This document shows positions 1 through 13,048 of a stretch of 64,000 bases of DNA, one piece after another. The translations under genes were made by a program, and so were the position numbers. The first letter of the stretch is position 1. Every line of letters starts with the position of its first letter. The notes below the pieces were generated by a model. That model had not been told where the DNA came from. It saw only the letters and a list, made by a program, of their open reading frames with translations, and ran no database searches. Source of the stretch: Lytechinus pictus (lineage: Eukaryota); assembly GCF_037042905.1 (NCBI RefSeq), contig NC_087252.1, positions 25,236,001 to 25,300,000 of the forward strand, in the 5' to 3' direction.

Positions 1-420
1 ATCATTTGTCCATTGTATATCTCTTAAGGTTTCATCTTGAGGGAAGATGGACATTGCATGAGTTTTTGTAAAATTAAGTTTAGGGCCTGCAATTTTTCCA
101 AATTGCCTTATATCTTCTATCGCAATATTACCCGAATTAACAGAACTCACAAAAATTACTGCATCATCAGCAAGCTGTGATATATTGATTTCTTTTTCTG
201 AACACTGGGTTCCATTTTCTCCTGGAATAATGATTCCTTCAATATAATCGTTTTGTTTTATTTTCCTTGCCATAACATCATCAATTAATAAAAACAGTAA
301 GGCTGAGAGTAGGCAGCCTTGTCTTCCACCTTGTTCGATTTTGAAATTTTGTGACATCCAACCGTTATTAATCACTCTTCCAGAAGCATCATTATACAAA
401 ACTTTAATCCAATTAATATA
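1..420 (-). pseudogene. 5'-truncated L1/Tx1-clade LINE ORF2 (reverse transcriptase) fragment running off the window edge
   Basis: Manual translation of 420->1 is open for 140 codons: YINWIKVLYNDASGRVINNGWMSQNFKIEQGGRQGCLLSALLF...ISQLADDAVIFV...FGKIAGPKLNFTKT. It is colinear with the ORF2 at 34790 (FIRWIQSMY...GVRQGCPLS...ISQFADD). Not in the ORF track. Confidence 0.85.
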
Positions 421-855
421 AATAAAATAAACACATAAACAAATATAATCAATTTGAAAACAAAGATACACCAACCTTCACGATAACTACATATTTTGCA
501 TATAAAATCTTGCGGGGTTAAAAAAAGCAATCTAATTGGAAATGTGTCAAATGGTCAAACGCCACGAGGAAGAGGGGAAGATGTTCCCAGTCACTACAAT
601 AATTTTATCTACAAGAATCATTTTCCACATAAACACCAAATGAACATAAACGCATGAAGTGAGTATCGCGTATGACAGTTGGAGTTAAAGCCCTAGTAAT
701 AAGTAATAACTATATATAAAGTGACACACCTGTAATTATTTCCTCATAGAAACATGTGCTGTATTATGAATCAGCTAAGAAAAAAGATAATCATCTGAAT
801 ACACTGTTGAATTGAGCATTTTAACAGTGTGAACAATATTTTCACATAGTCCACA

Positions 856-1306
856 TTATATGACACCTAGATAGATCCTTGTGATTTGATTGGTTGTTTG
901 ATATCGTTCATTCAGCCCATTTTGCAATGACGTCATCAACCGTGCAATTTTGGATCCATTCATCGTGCAATTTTGGATCCATACGATTTTGTCCATTGCA
1001 CTCGCGCACCGAGACTGCAGCTGCAGCTCATGCATGCACCATCAGTGCGCATGTTGTAATGACGTAACAATCAACAGACCGAATTCGCATTGCATGAGCA
1101 TGTTTTGCATCGAAATTCATAAATTTCTTATGAAATTTTTTTTTTAGGTGTCATATAAACCAAATAATGAATGTTTGATAATTCGTGCAATGGACAGAAT
1201 ACTTAATTCGGTGAAAGATGAAATATAATGATCCATTCAACTCGGCTACGCCTCGTTGAATGGATCATTTCATCTTTCACCTCATGAAGTATTCTGTCCA
1301 TTGCAC
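856..1306. mobile_element. Non-autonomous element with a short inverted-repeat pair plus a long terminal hairpin (Crypton/Helentron-like architecture)
   Basis: TTATATGACACCTA (856-869) and TAGGTGTCATATAA (1145-1158) are inverted repeats. An imperfect palindrome at 1185-1306 is centred on CTCGGCTACGCCTCG. Confidence 0.55.
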
Positions 1307-1744
1307 TCATATACATAAAAGAAATCTGGCAAACTGTTTCCACTTTGAAGGAAATTTCCCGAAATTGGGAAATCCTGATAATCTTCAGGTCATTTTTGGG
1401 AAATGTGAAAATTTGAGGAAATTCCGAGAAATCAGAAAATTACAATTAAACTACAATTAAACGTAGCAACTTTTAATATTCATGCTAAATTTAAAGAATT
1501 GTTTGCCTCATGTGTAGCTCAAAATGTTCTGCTCGCACTCCGCATGCGCATTTTGTAATTTTGTTGCTATTTTTAAAAAGTGCATTGAATATAAAAGGTT
1601 AAATTCCTTGATTTTGGTCACTTGGACCAAATTCAGGCTTGCTTTGTTATTGTCCAATTTTTGTTGAAAAAATACATTTTTATTAATCAGCTGCATCAAA
1701 TTAACAAACTTGGGAATGAGTTGGTCGAATGAATAGTCTGTCTT

Positions 1745-3287
1745 CTTGTTACATGCTTTGATTGAATTGAATGATATCCTATTACATAATATTCATAATA
1801 ATAATTTCCATTCATTCGGTATCTTTCTTGATTTTTCAGAAGCATTTGATTTGACTGACCATAACAATCTTTTGTATAAATGGCCATATTTTGGAAATTC
1901 GTGGTGTAGCCCTTCAGTTGTTTCATAGTTATTTATCGAATAGGAAACAATACACAACCTTCAATAATAATGACTCGTCTTTTTCCAATGTTGAATGCGG
2001 AATTCCGCAGGGGTCTGTACTCGGCCCACTGCTTTTTTCTGTTATGTGTCCATGATTTATGTAATGTTTCTTAATTTTTCATTTCATTTAGTTTGCTGAT
2101 GATACCAACATTGTTCTTCACACAAATATTTTGATATACTCCAGCGTAAGACAAGTGAAGAACTCTGCAAACTTATCGACTTGTTTGATTCCAATTAGTT
2201 AGCAATCAATCATGATAAAACGTGTATTTTGTATTTTTCCAAATCAAATATTAAGCCTCCTCACCACAAAGTGAAAATAAAAATTAAAAATTCATATTTG
2301 AATGTTTCAAAGTCAGTAAAATTCCTTTGAGTTTTACTGGATGATCAACTTTCTTTTCGGGACCATCGCATAGATTTACTTAATCAGATTTCCAAGAATG
2401 TTGGTATCATCAGCAAATCACAATCTGTTTTACCCGAAAAATAATTATTTATGTTGTACAACTCACTTGTATTTCCTTTTGTCTATTGTTGTATATTACC
2501 TGGGGAAACATAGGAAAAAATCAATTAGAACCCTTTCATAAATTGCAGAAAAAAAAGCCTTAGGTATCTGAACAAAATCTTCCTATTATGCATCATCTGC
2601 CCCCTCTTCTTTGAATTAAAAACACTAAATATTTATGACATTTATGAATTTAAAGTTGCAGTTTTGATGTATTATATATAACAAGAAATGGCACCTGTAA
2701 ACATTTCTGAATTTTCTTAATTATGATAGTGATTTTCACCAGTATAATACTCGTTTAGCTTCTCATTTTTATCTTCCACTGACCTCAAATAATGAAATTC
2801 TTAAAAAAGAATTAAACATGCACGACCTAGAATTTATAACAATGTGGATACTATAATTCGTTCCTGCCTCCTCATTTAAAATTTTACTTAAAAGACAATT
2901 AATTAGTAGCTATTCCCTTGATTCCCTTTCCCTTTTCTAAACATACTCTCCTCCCCCCTCTCTCTCTCTTCTCTCTCTTGTTTGAGTGTAATGGGTCATG
3001 GATGTGTGTTGGGTGTGGGTCATTCTGTGTTTGATGTGTGAATTTATGATTCCATCTATTTGAATAGAATTATTTACATGTACGCTAAATTGTATACTTG
3101 TAAAGCGGCACCTGCCTACAAGATTTTAATCTTTTTGGTTGCCTCTTACCATATGTTAATTTCTTTTTACATGAATGTATAAATTATATTTATTTGTTGT
3201 CTGTGCTGCTAAATTTATGCATTTATATGTTATTTTTTATTGCATTTGAATACTTTCATATGGTTAATAAATGAATTGAATTGAATT
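1745..3287 (+). mobile_element. Degenerate 5'-truncated L2/CR1-group LINE
   Basis: RT motifs in broken frames: GIFLDFSEAFD, CGIPQGSVLGPLLF, FADDTN. 3' stem-loop at ~3106-3146; ends AATAAA followed by (TGAAT)n. Confidence 0.8.
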
Positions 3288-3849
3288 TCGGCTTGTGAGA
3301 ACGAGAACTTGGTAGTGTAACACGAGAGGCGGCGCTGTTGACAAATACCCATTATCATCACATTATAATCAATATACGGTGTTGATTATCGGTTGTATAA
3401 AATTATGTGAGTTACATTATCTCTTCTGTCCTAATTTTGCAGGTTCGGATAACAATTTCACACAGAAGAGGCATCGGGGTATAACGGTGGAGGTGGATGT
3501 ATGTGTGTGTGTGTGGGGGGGGGGGTTACCAAGTAAAATGTTAAAAATTGATTCGCGTTGAAATTAAGATATTTAGGGTTAAACAGATGATGAAATGTAT
3601 TCCATATACCGTAGGTTACAATTATATAGGCCTCATGTTATGAATGCCATATTATTGCCCTTGTTGTCATCCACGTGGGCCCTGTCAAACTCACATGGTT
3701 ATGTGATATGGCCCATATGGGCCTGGGTGCACAACACTTAGGGATGAAATGCGCATGTGGGTTCCACGAGGGTACTTAGACGGACCCTTATTACGGAACC
3801 CACACGGGCTTGCTCGCTACCTGGACCATTACGCTTTTTTTGCAATATC

Positions 3850-5011
3850 TTATAACTTGCTACATTTTATTGATAAAGTATCACAATCCATAGACAAAAA
3901 GATGCATACAATTGGTATATTTCTTGATTATTCGAAAGCTTTTGACACAGTAGATCATGATATTTTGATTGGCAAGTTATCACATTATGGTATCAGGGGT
4001 ACAGCATTGGACTGGTTCAAGAGTTACTTAGCTGACAGGAAACAATTTGTCTCGATAAAGGATGCTGAGTCAGGTTTACAGAATGTCCCTTGTGGTGTCC
4101 CCCAGGGATCCCTCCTTGGTCCGTTATTATTTATTGTGTATATTAATGATTCTCACTATTCCTCTGATATTTTATCGTTCATTTTATTTGCAGATGATTC
4201 AAGTTTGTATTATTCCCACAGAAATCCTGAGACCCTTTTAAAAACAGTTAATAGTGAACTGAGGAAAGTCACTTTGTGGATTCAAGCAAATAAATTATCT
4301 CTAAATTTGCAGAAAACAAATTATATGCTCTTTAGCAACACGATTAGAGAAGTTCAAGGTGATGTTATATTTAATGATGTGTTAATAGATAGAGTAAAGA
4401 CGACCAAATTTCTGGGGTTGCATATAGATGAAAAACTGATTTTGAAAACCCATATAAATAATCTATGTAAGACATTATAAAAAAATAGTGGTGTAATATA
4501 CAAATTGAAATCCTTTTTCTCTACTGATATTCTTTGTATGATGTATTCAACACTAATTCTCCCGTATCTCAATTACGGTGTTCTTGCATGGGGTAATTCT
4601 CTTAAAACCAATCTAGAAAGGGTGTACTTGATTCAGAAAAGAGTTTTAAGAATTGTTTGTAATGTTAACTATCGCTCGCATACTACCCCACTTTTTTATG
4701 AGCATATAATTCTAAAATTACAAGATATCTATGATTTTCAACTTGGTACTCTAATGTATGCATACAATGCAGGCATCATGCCACCAGCTTTGGTCACAAT
4801 GTTCATGAAAAATAGTGACATACATAACTATTATACACGAAATGCTTCTGCTTTCCACTTACCGAAGTTACATACAAGTTTTGCTTTTAGGACAGTTGTA
4901 AATACAGGACCCAGGTTCTGGAACTCTCTCAATTCAAATATAAAAAAATTGGTAAGCATTTATACTTTTCAGCGTGTACTTAAAGGTTATCTTCTTAATT
5001 GTTATTTGTGA
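3850..5011 (+). pseudogene. L2/CR1 ORF2 C-terminal half (RT) with one in-frame stop
   Basis: ORFs 3749-4480 and 4505-5011 share a frame and are separated by a single TAA (4478-4480): ...KTL*KNSGVIYKLKS... The N-terminus of ORF 3749 is read-in from flanking DNA. Confidence 0.85.
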
Positions 5012-5751
5012 GTTGCTATAGGTTAAGATATGCTTTTATATACTATGTTATTTCTTAATTTTGGAGCCTATAAAAACTGTATATAAGACTGGAGAATGTT
5101 ATGATATATCAATATATATTTATCTTGTATCTTGTCTAACTGGTTTCTTCTGCAGAGGGTCAGCCCATGTTTTTTTTTCCTTTTGTATTCTTTTCTTGTG
5201 TTTCTTTTACCTTTGTCATGTTTTGTTTTTTACTTTACTATTATTATTATACATACGATCTTCCTCTTTTTTCCATGCCATGTTATCCATACTTATTTCT
5301 TCTCCATCATATATCACTTAATTATATCATATTGTTGTTAGTTTTTTAGACTTCATAATTGTACATTCAAGCAATGTATTCTATTCTTTTTAGTGTGTGT
5401 TTTTTGTCATTGATTAGATTTAGTTTGTCTTTTTTGTTTTATTGTTGTTGCATTTTTAAGTTGTTTTGCTTCTTTTGTATTTCTAAAGATATTACATGTA
5501 CACACTGAATACTATTCAGTCATGTATTTGAAACAAAGGAGACCCTAGCCTTACAAGCCTTGCTTTTTCAGGGGTTCTCCTTGTCTTTCTTTCAATACGT
5601 AATTAGTTATTTGCTGTGTTTCTTTTTTTTCTACTGTAACAATGATTTATGGTTAATTGATTTTCATTTGTAGACTGTGAAATCACACTTGTAAGATAAA
5701 ATGTACGTGCAGAAAGAAAGACGAATAAATATCTTATCTTATCTTATCTTA
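3850..5751 (+). mobile_element. 5'-truncated L2/CR1-group (Crack-like) LINE
   Basis: RT motifs IFLDYSKAFDTVDH, GVPQGSLLGPLLF, FADD. 3' UTR stem-loop at ~5538-5580; AATAAA followed by a (TATCT)n tail at 5724-5751. Confidence 0.88.
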
Positions 5752-5954
5752 CTTCCTCTCTTCAGATATTGTACAACAACAAATGAGTTATATAAAGGCA
5801 TCCATTACTCTTGTCAATCATAAAACAACAAGAAAATATTATTAAAAGAAAATTATGAAACCGATACAATTTCTTTTTATATGATCAATTAAAGTAGAAA
5901 TTTCAATTACGCTTATTTTGCCATTCTTAAATATAAAAAACAAACATGCTTTAA

Positions 5955-6436
5955 AGGTTAAGTTTACCTTGACGAAATATTCATAGAAAAATTAGCCGAA
6001 ATATAAAAAAAAATATCAGTGAAGGCTTAAGGTAAATCCCTCAAAAATTAAAAAGTTTTTAGAATTTCATTTTTTATTATTTTTGACGTCATATGTGAGC
6101 AGCTTCCTATATAGCGTGAAAAAAAAATCAATGAAATGCCATTTTCTAAGCAAATTGGAAATTGTTTTTAGTGTACCTCCAGTTTATCAACAGAATAATC
6201 ATTTTGAACCCGTTCCTGGAGAAATAAAAATGTTAGTCATCATCATATAAACCAACAATTTTGAAATTTATGAATTTTATATTACATAACGTATGGGGCG
6301 GCTGCTCGTATGTCACAAATCGAAAACTTAAAATTCTAATAACTTTCTTAATCTTCAATTGATTTTACTCAAATCTTCACCAATATCTTTTAAAATTATT
6401 TTTACAACACAATTATTGTTAGCCTGAACGTCCCCT
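5955..6436. mobile_element. Kolobok-type non-autonomous TIR element (decayed)
   Basis: TTAA|AGG...CCCT|ATAA termini; abuts the next element at a shared decayed TTAA. Confidence 0.5.
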
Positions 6437-6440
6437 ATAA

Positions 6441-7651
6441 AGGGAGGTCCAACCTAGGTCATAAAATGTTGTATCGGAAAAGAGAAAAATAAGAATGACA
6501 GAATAATGAAAGTTTGAAAGAAATCGGACAAAAAATAAGAAATGTATGGCTGCTTTAAAAATCGAATTTTAAATTGGCAACTGGGTAAGCAAATTATGAT
6601 GAGGAGCCGCAAAGGGCAAGGGCCACTTTCCCATAGGCCATGCACTTCATGATCAGAATCTTGTAGTTTTCTCTTAAAGGAGACTGAAACTCTTGGAGCA
6701 AGTTAGCTTTTGTGAAAGCAGAAAAATCAAAGAATAAGATCAACAAAACTTTGATTAAAATAGGACTAGCAATAAAAGAGTTATGAGCATTTGAATGTCG
6801 AGATCACTAATGCTATGGAGATCCTCGCATTGGCAATGCGACCAAGATCTGTGATGTCACACACGTACAACTCTCCCATTTGGACACTGAAAATATACCC
6901 CAAAACATCTCTTTTTGCTCATTCTAATCATATGACAAACGATTCATCAATGATATAATGTTGTGAAACCTCTGTACTTGTCATCTCATAAAGAGAACAC
7001 CTCAACTTGTGATAGACTCTATAAAAGTGAGAATATAAGTGAAATAAGTACTAAAGTAATGAGGGAGTTGTACGTGTGTGATATCACAGATCTTGGTCGC
7101 ATTGCCGTTGGGAGGATCTACATGGCACTAGTGATCTCAATATTCGAATGCTCATAACTTTCTTATTATTCATTCAATCTTCCTCAAACTTTCAACAATA
7201 TGTTTCTTTGATTTTTCTCTTTGATATGGATTCAGCTGGTTTCAAGGGTTTCATTCTCCTTTAAGTATGTATTCCCCTGGGGCAGCGATAGAAATATAAC
7301 TCACGTAGCCTCTCATTTTATGTCCTGATGAAACAAAAATATAATTTTCAATAAAACTTACAACTTAAAAAATGTCATTTTATGTATTAGAGTAAGTGGA
7401 AGAGTAGTCCTTGCCTTACATCACTGTAATAGTGCACAGACCAGTGCTATGACGTCACAAATTTGCGGCCAATTTGAAGTCTGCATGGGTATTGTATTTA
7501 CCGATTTTGACAATTTTTACAAATTCATAACTTTCTTATTGTTTGTCCGATAAAGTTCAAGCTTTCACGTACGAACTTATTTGATTTTTCTTTTTTCCCC
7601 TATACAAGGATATTTTTTTTTTTTTTTTGGGGGGGGGGGTTCGCTTTCCCT
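6441..7651. mobile_element. Kolobok-type MITE, host of a nested insertion; inverted homolog of 14792-15390
   Basis: AGGG...CCCT|TTAA termini; internal sequence aligns to the reverse complement of 14792-15390 on both sides of 6674-7264. Confidence 0.7.
6678..7260. mobile_element. Kolobok-type MITE, nested, TTAA TSD
   Basis: TTAA at 6674-6677 and 7261-7264. Termini AGGAGACTGAAAC / GTTTCATTCTCCT; long internal inverted repeats. Confidence 0.8.
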
Positions 7652-10600
7652 TTAACGCAGAAACCAGGGGGGTGAAACTCCGCTTCTGCATCCGGTCAGA
7701 ATTGAAGAAAATTTTGGAGGGTCAAAAGTGCACACTGCTCCCATTTTTCGTATACAAGCCTATGGACACCGCCACTGTTTTGGTACACCAGCGAAATGAA
7801 GGCGTGGTCACGGAACGTCCTTCGCGCATAGCGTAAAAATATGTAAATTAGTATTTTGTCACTAATTAGCATAATGCGCGACCTGATTAATAATCGTTAA
7901 TGGTGTCTGTCAGTGATTACATCATGTCAGATCATTCGTTTTTTTCCTCCTCAGAGTTTTATTATTCATCTATTTTAATGATCTATTTGTTATTGCTTGT
8001 TACGATTATTACTGCATCTTTGCTTTGTTTTAGCTGCAAATGGCCAGGATCTTTGCTAAAAAATATTACAGAGGAGGTTCCCAAAGAAAATGTTGCCATA
8101 TACGATGACATCTCTTTAAGTTTCTGGAGCCCTTTTTTCTTTTTATTGCAGAAAACGAAATGAACCTCTTTTCATAATATAAACAAAGATAATAACAAAT
8201 CAAATTCTTTTCCATAATTGTAGTCTCCAATATAAGTCCTATTATGAATAGCAGTCCTCGGAGCACTTAATTTTAAATGGCGACTTCTATGTCAAACATC
8301 AATATTCATGACCTAGGTATATACCATATTTTAGGGGGGAGGGGGTTCTCAAAATTAAATAGGCAAGAGAGCAAACCGATCGTAGGCTATTTCTTTTTTA
8401 TTTTCAACTGAAAATGAATCTGGTGTAATTTTCATTTGGAAAGAAAAAATACATTTTATATGCAGGTTTCAAAAATTTGGAGAAATAATTTGCCCCCCCC
8501 CCCGTCATGAACAGTAAGGTCTTATAATTGCTTCTTTCAAAACAAACTGAACTTTCACCCCCCCCTCTCTCTCTCTTTCTGTCTGTCTCTCTCTCAGAAA
8601 CTGACATAACTATATGCATACAAGCAAATAATCTCCTGTCATTTTACTTTCTTTCCCACTCTTATCCTTATTTTTCTTGAATGATATTTTAATTGACTGC
8701 TGTTTGATCTCATGTAACAGTGGTATCATCACATTTCAGTACAGTGCAACATCTTGCGCCATTTGTGCATAACAGCTCAGAAGCAATACATCATCACAAT
8801 TAATTGATAAATGAAAATTACCAAGATCAAAAAATTCAATTCAAAATTAACATGTTTATTAAGGAATCCATTTTCTAAAACATTGACATTAACATAAAAA
8901 TAATAATTAGCATCTACCAAGCATTAAATTGTATTTTAAAAAATGAAGGCAATGCATAGCTAAAAAGGGCTGTTACTGGGTAAGGGTAGTATGGGGTGGG
9001 TATATAGATGTACAAAAATAGGATTAAGTACATTTTTCTACATTGTACAATGTTTGTTAAAATTTCATTCAAAGGATCTCGATGAGCCTATAGTTAATAT
9101 TCCATAAAAGAGCATAAAAACCTTTGATATTCGTTTATTTTCTTCCACAAAAGTTTATCACTCAAAAAAATTGGTAAATTCCTTTCAAATTTGCTGACAA
9201 GAAATAGTCTTCTGATGTGAGAGCACTCCTCATAAGGGGGGGGGGGGGGTGGGACACAATGCCAGAATCCTAAAGAGTGCCTTCCCCAATCAATACATTA
9301 GCGAATCATTAACAAAATTTGATTTGTCTACTGTCACTGTGCTTAGAATTCAATCTATTTTTGAAATATAGTCTATTTATATATTATTGCAGTGGTAGCC
9401 CATTTCACATTTTTTTAAAATGAAGATAACAATAAATGCAACTTAATAACCCTACATAATTTATGAAGACTTGCAGTGGCGTACCGTGGGTCACGGCATC
9501 GGGGGGGCACCAGCAAAAATTTTGAGACCGTTTCATATCTCTTCTTGGCACTTATGTTGTGATACCAGTACTTAAACAGCTTAGGAAGTGGGAAACCTGC
9601 ATGGTAAAAAAGAGAAAAGAACATAATAAGCTGTAAATTATTTTTACTCATCTAGTCCAGTTTAGTAAAAAAAAAAGATGTAAACTCTATTTTATATCTT
9701 CAGTGATAAAACAAGTTTAGCACATGCAGTCACTTTCGTCCCACATCCAGATAAATTCATATATCAATATAACTATCTACAGTATGTTTTGAAAATAAAG
9801 AGTGAAAATTAATTCAAATATTTATCAGAATTTTGTGATAACTGTTAATATCTTGGGTTTTTTATGCAAATGCATGTATAGACAGGAGATATGGATAATT
9901 AGTATGCAGTGTTAGAAATGGAAATACTGCTGAATCTGAATTCAAACAAATATTAACTCACAATGGAACTTTAACATTACATGATATCGCATCATGTTTC
10001 AGCACAATTGGCCATAGCCCACCCCCTCCCAAAAAAGGGGAAATATTCATTTATTATTATTTTTTTTTTTTTAGGGGGGGGGGGGTGATGAGCTTAGATA
10101 CAGCCTGTATATTATCAAAACAGTAAGCATACCTTGCAATTTTTCCATTCAGATATCCTGTTCCTCATTAGATTGTAACTAACACTTGCTGATCGGCATG
10201 GTTCTCAATTTTGTACTTCTGACTAGGTGTGAACTGCTAAGAACTTGGTCCCACTGGATCTGCAATTGACAATTTAAATTTGAGAGTTTTAGAGATAATA
10301 AAATTACTCTTCTTAAACAATATTTTTGAAATTTCCAGCTGCCCATATCCCAGGTCTATGAATGAATATTCCAAACTAGAACAAAAAAGTTATCTGGACC
10401 CGAAACTTCATTCTCTATCACATAGAGGCATAGGCCTATACCTCACTCTGTTTATAAAAGTAAAATTATTCCAACCACATATTTCTACAGCTGTATATAG
10501 CTGAATCTGGTCTATGCTGGGCCTGTATAACTTAAGAATCACATCACATTTGAATGAAGTAAACACTAAGAACGTTTTCAAATTACCACCCCAGGCCGGA

Positions 10601-11853
10601 CCCAGGGTATCCCGTTCAAATAGACTTGATTTAGGTCTAGGGTAGGCTACGCCATTTCATTCAAATCTAAGACTAAGACAAGTAACACTTAACATAACAG
10701 ACATTAATGCTAAGTCAATCGTATTTCAACACTGATTATTCTGAAGTAAAGCGTTCCTGAATAAAAGAAACTGCTGAGAATTATACTTATTCATATGAAG
10801 ATGAAATAGAGGGGACGGACTAGGCCTAAACTTCAACTTTCAAGCTTGAAGTTTGGGCCTAGTCCGTCCCCGCTATTTTCATACCCCATGACTACATCGA
10901 CAATCTCGCTCGGCTAGCACCGGTGATATCAAAGGCCGGATCCCGCTCTGACCATATCCCTACATTGACCTAAATTTGAATAGGCCTAAAATCGACAGTT
11001 TGTCGTTACTAAAAAACAGGAGGTCGGAAACAAGTCCACATCTACCCCTGATAATTGTCTAATCACAATAAAACTGAAATAAATGTTTACTTTGGACCTA
11101 CATGAAGCATTCCGATGAATGTCTAGATCTACGACAAACTGTAGACCCCTAGTCCTAGATATAGTATTTTTGAGAAACTCAATGATCACACTTATTTGGA
11201 AGTCAGGCAAAAGAAATATTGAAATTGAGGTTTACATAGTGCGTAATACAGGATGAGCCCCGAACCCCGGCAAACACATTACAATTTGCAAGTGAGATCA
11301 AAACATGAAAATGAGCGTAACTTACTTTTATTCCTATGGAATGTCATTAGAATAGTATTGATGTTCCCTCCAAGATTTTCCGCTCCAATGAAGTTCACTC
11401 AGAAACCATGATTTCGAACATCAATTCTATAAACAGATAATTAGTCTAGCTATTTCGTTTCAGAAACTTCAAATTCGCAGAGTCCAAAAGAACGACACTT
11501 CGCACAGATATCGTAGGGAATTGTGGGACGGAAAAAATGTTTAATGCATGAGTACATGAATAAAACATTAGCGTTTAATCCAATCATACAAGTGCATTAT
11601 GCGTATTTTGACGTCATTCTCATGAATAAAACATTGACCCTCCAAAATCATCCTTCAAATTGTCCGCCGGCAGCCATGTTGGCTATGTACAAAACCTATG
11701 GGAAATAAAAACGCGCGGAAAGAGTTCCCTCTCTAGCTCCCTTCGGGAGCTTATACGTAAGATCGTATCTCTGTGGCAGAAACAAAGTATAGCGCCAGCT
11801 TGTGACGAGACCTCTTTGATGAGGAGATCTAATTCACCTTTTCAAATAGCATT

Positions 11854-11926
11854 GCCCGGTTAGCTCAGTCGGTAGAGCATCAGACTTTTAATCTGAGGGT
11901 CGCGGGTTCGAGTCCCTCATCGGGCG
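11854..11926 (+). tRNA. tRNA-Lys, anticodon UUU
   Basis: 73-nt cloverleaf: acceptor GCCCGGT/ATCGGGC, D arm GCTC/GAGC, anticodon arm TCAGA-CTTTTAA-TCTGA, T loop TTCGAGT. One C-U mismatch in the T stem; T5 run 10 nt downstream. Confidence 0.93.
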
Positions 11927-11935
11927 AGAGCAAGA

Positions 11936-11940
11936 TTTTT
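11936..11940 (+). terminator. Pol III oligo-T terminator of tRNA-Lys
   Basis: TTTTT (then GTTTTTT) just downstream of the tRNA. Confidence 0.65.
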
Positions 11941-12083
11941 GTTTTTTGTGTGACATCATTGGATACGCGAATGAAGCAATAAAAACTGGATTGTATTTGT
12001 GTTGTCATGGGAATAAAGTTTCCAAATAACTACATCAAAATCATCTTAAGAATGCATCAAACCAGGATTCGCTTGCCCAAGTT

Positions 12084-12300
12084 GATTTGATTTGATTTTA
12101 TTTTATTTTACATATTTCACAAGTACAAACAAAATAATGAAACAATATCAGAAAACTTATGAGAATACAAATCAGACAAGGCATACCAATTAATTCAAAT
12201 TAAAGAAAATAGCGATTTGGAATTAAAGACAATTTAAAAGAGTGAAATATGAGGGAACCTGCATAAAAAAGCAAGGCTTGTTAAGTCTGCAGGATCCAGA
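12084..12300 (-). mobile_element. L2/CR1-group LINE 3' tail fragment
   Basis: The reverse complement has a stem-loop with ACAAGCCTTGCTTTTT (as at ~5554-5570), then AATAAA and (ATCAA)n. Confidence 0.55.
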
Positions 12301-12835
12301 AAAAAAAAATCGGTCTTAATGAGGAGAGGACAGGTAAGTAAATTGATTATCTGGCGACCCCAACTCAAGCTCTGCTTTCCGGGTTTTCGCCTCCTTCAAA
12401 ATTGTGTCGAAATATATACTGTATTCGTTACTATGTCAAATATTATTTTGTATCTGTTTGAAGGAAATAAATGTGATTTTCAATCAAAAATCAATTATAA
12501 CAAAGTAATGCCAAAAATGTGACGATTGTGTAAGGAATACAAAAAAAATAAAAATAAAAAAGAGTCCGCCACTCTATGACTATTATTTATTACTCATTAC
12601 TCGGCCAGAGCGTATTAACAAAGTGCAATGATATAAAAGTTTACAAAGGGAAATTATAAGAATTGATAAGCATCGCTTTCAATTTACGTTTGAATATATT
12701 AAGTTTACCAAAGTTGCGGCTCCGATCTCGTATATTTTGTATACACATAAAAAAAATATTTGCTTAAAGTTTATATTTTCTCAACGAAAATCCCGTTATT
12801 TTCCCTCGGTTATTTAGGAAATCACAAATTTTGTT

Positions 12836-12838
12836 CAT

Positions 12839-12870
<32 letters not shown>

Positions 12871-12882
12871 GCGGCAGCATCA
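12836..12882. repeat. (CAT)n(CAG)n microsatellite
   Basis: Direct reading. Confidence 0.9.
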
Positions 12883-13048
12883 TAATCCTCATTAAGTAAT
12901 AGATAGCCTATATACATGTAGAAAGATATATCAATACGCATACATCGTATACAGATAGATCTGTCGATTGATCAAATAAATATATTGGAGAGATATTAGG
13001 GGTAAAACTATAGCTTATAGAATTTGTTTGTGCATCGGGTGAAATTAA

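Noticed and set aside
5061..5349. Hydrophobic Phe-rich ORFs
   Set aside because: T-rich LINE 3' UTR.
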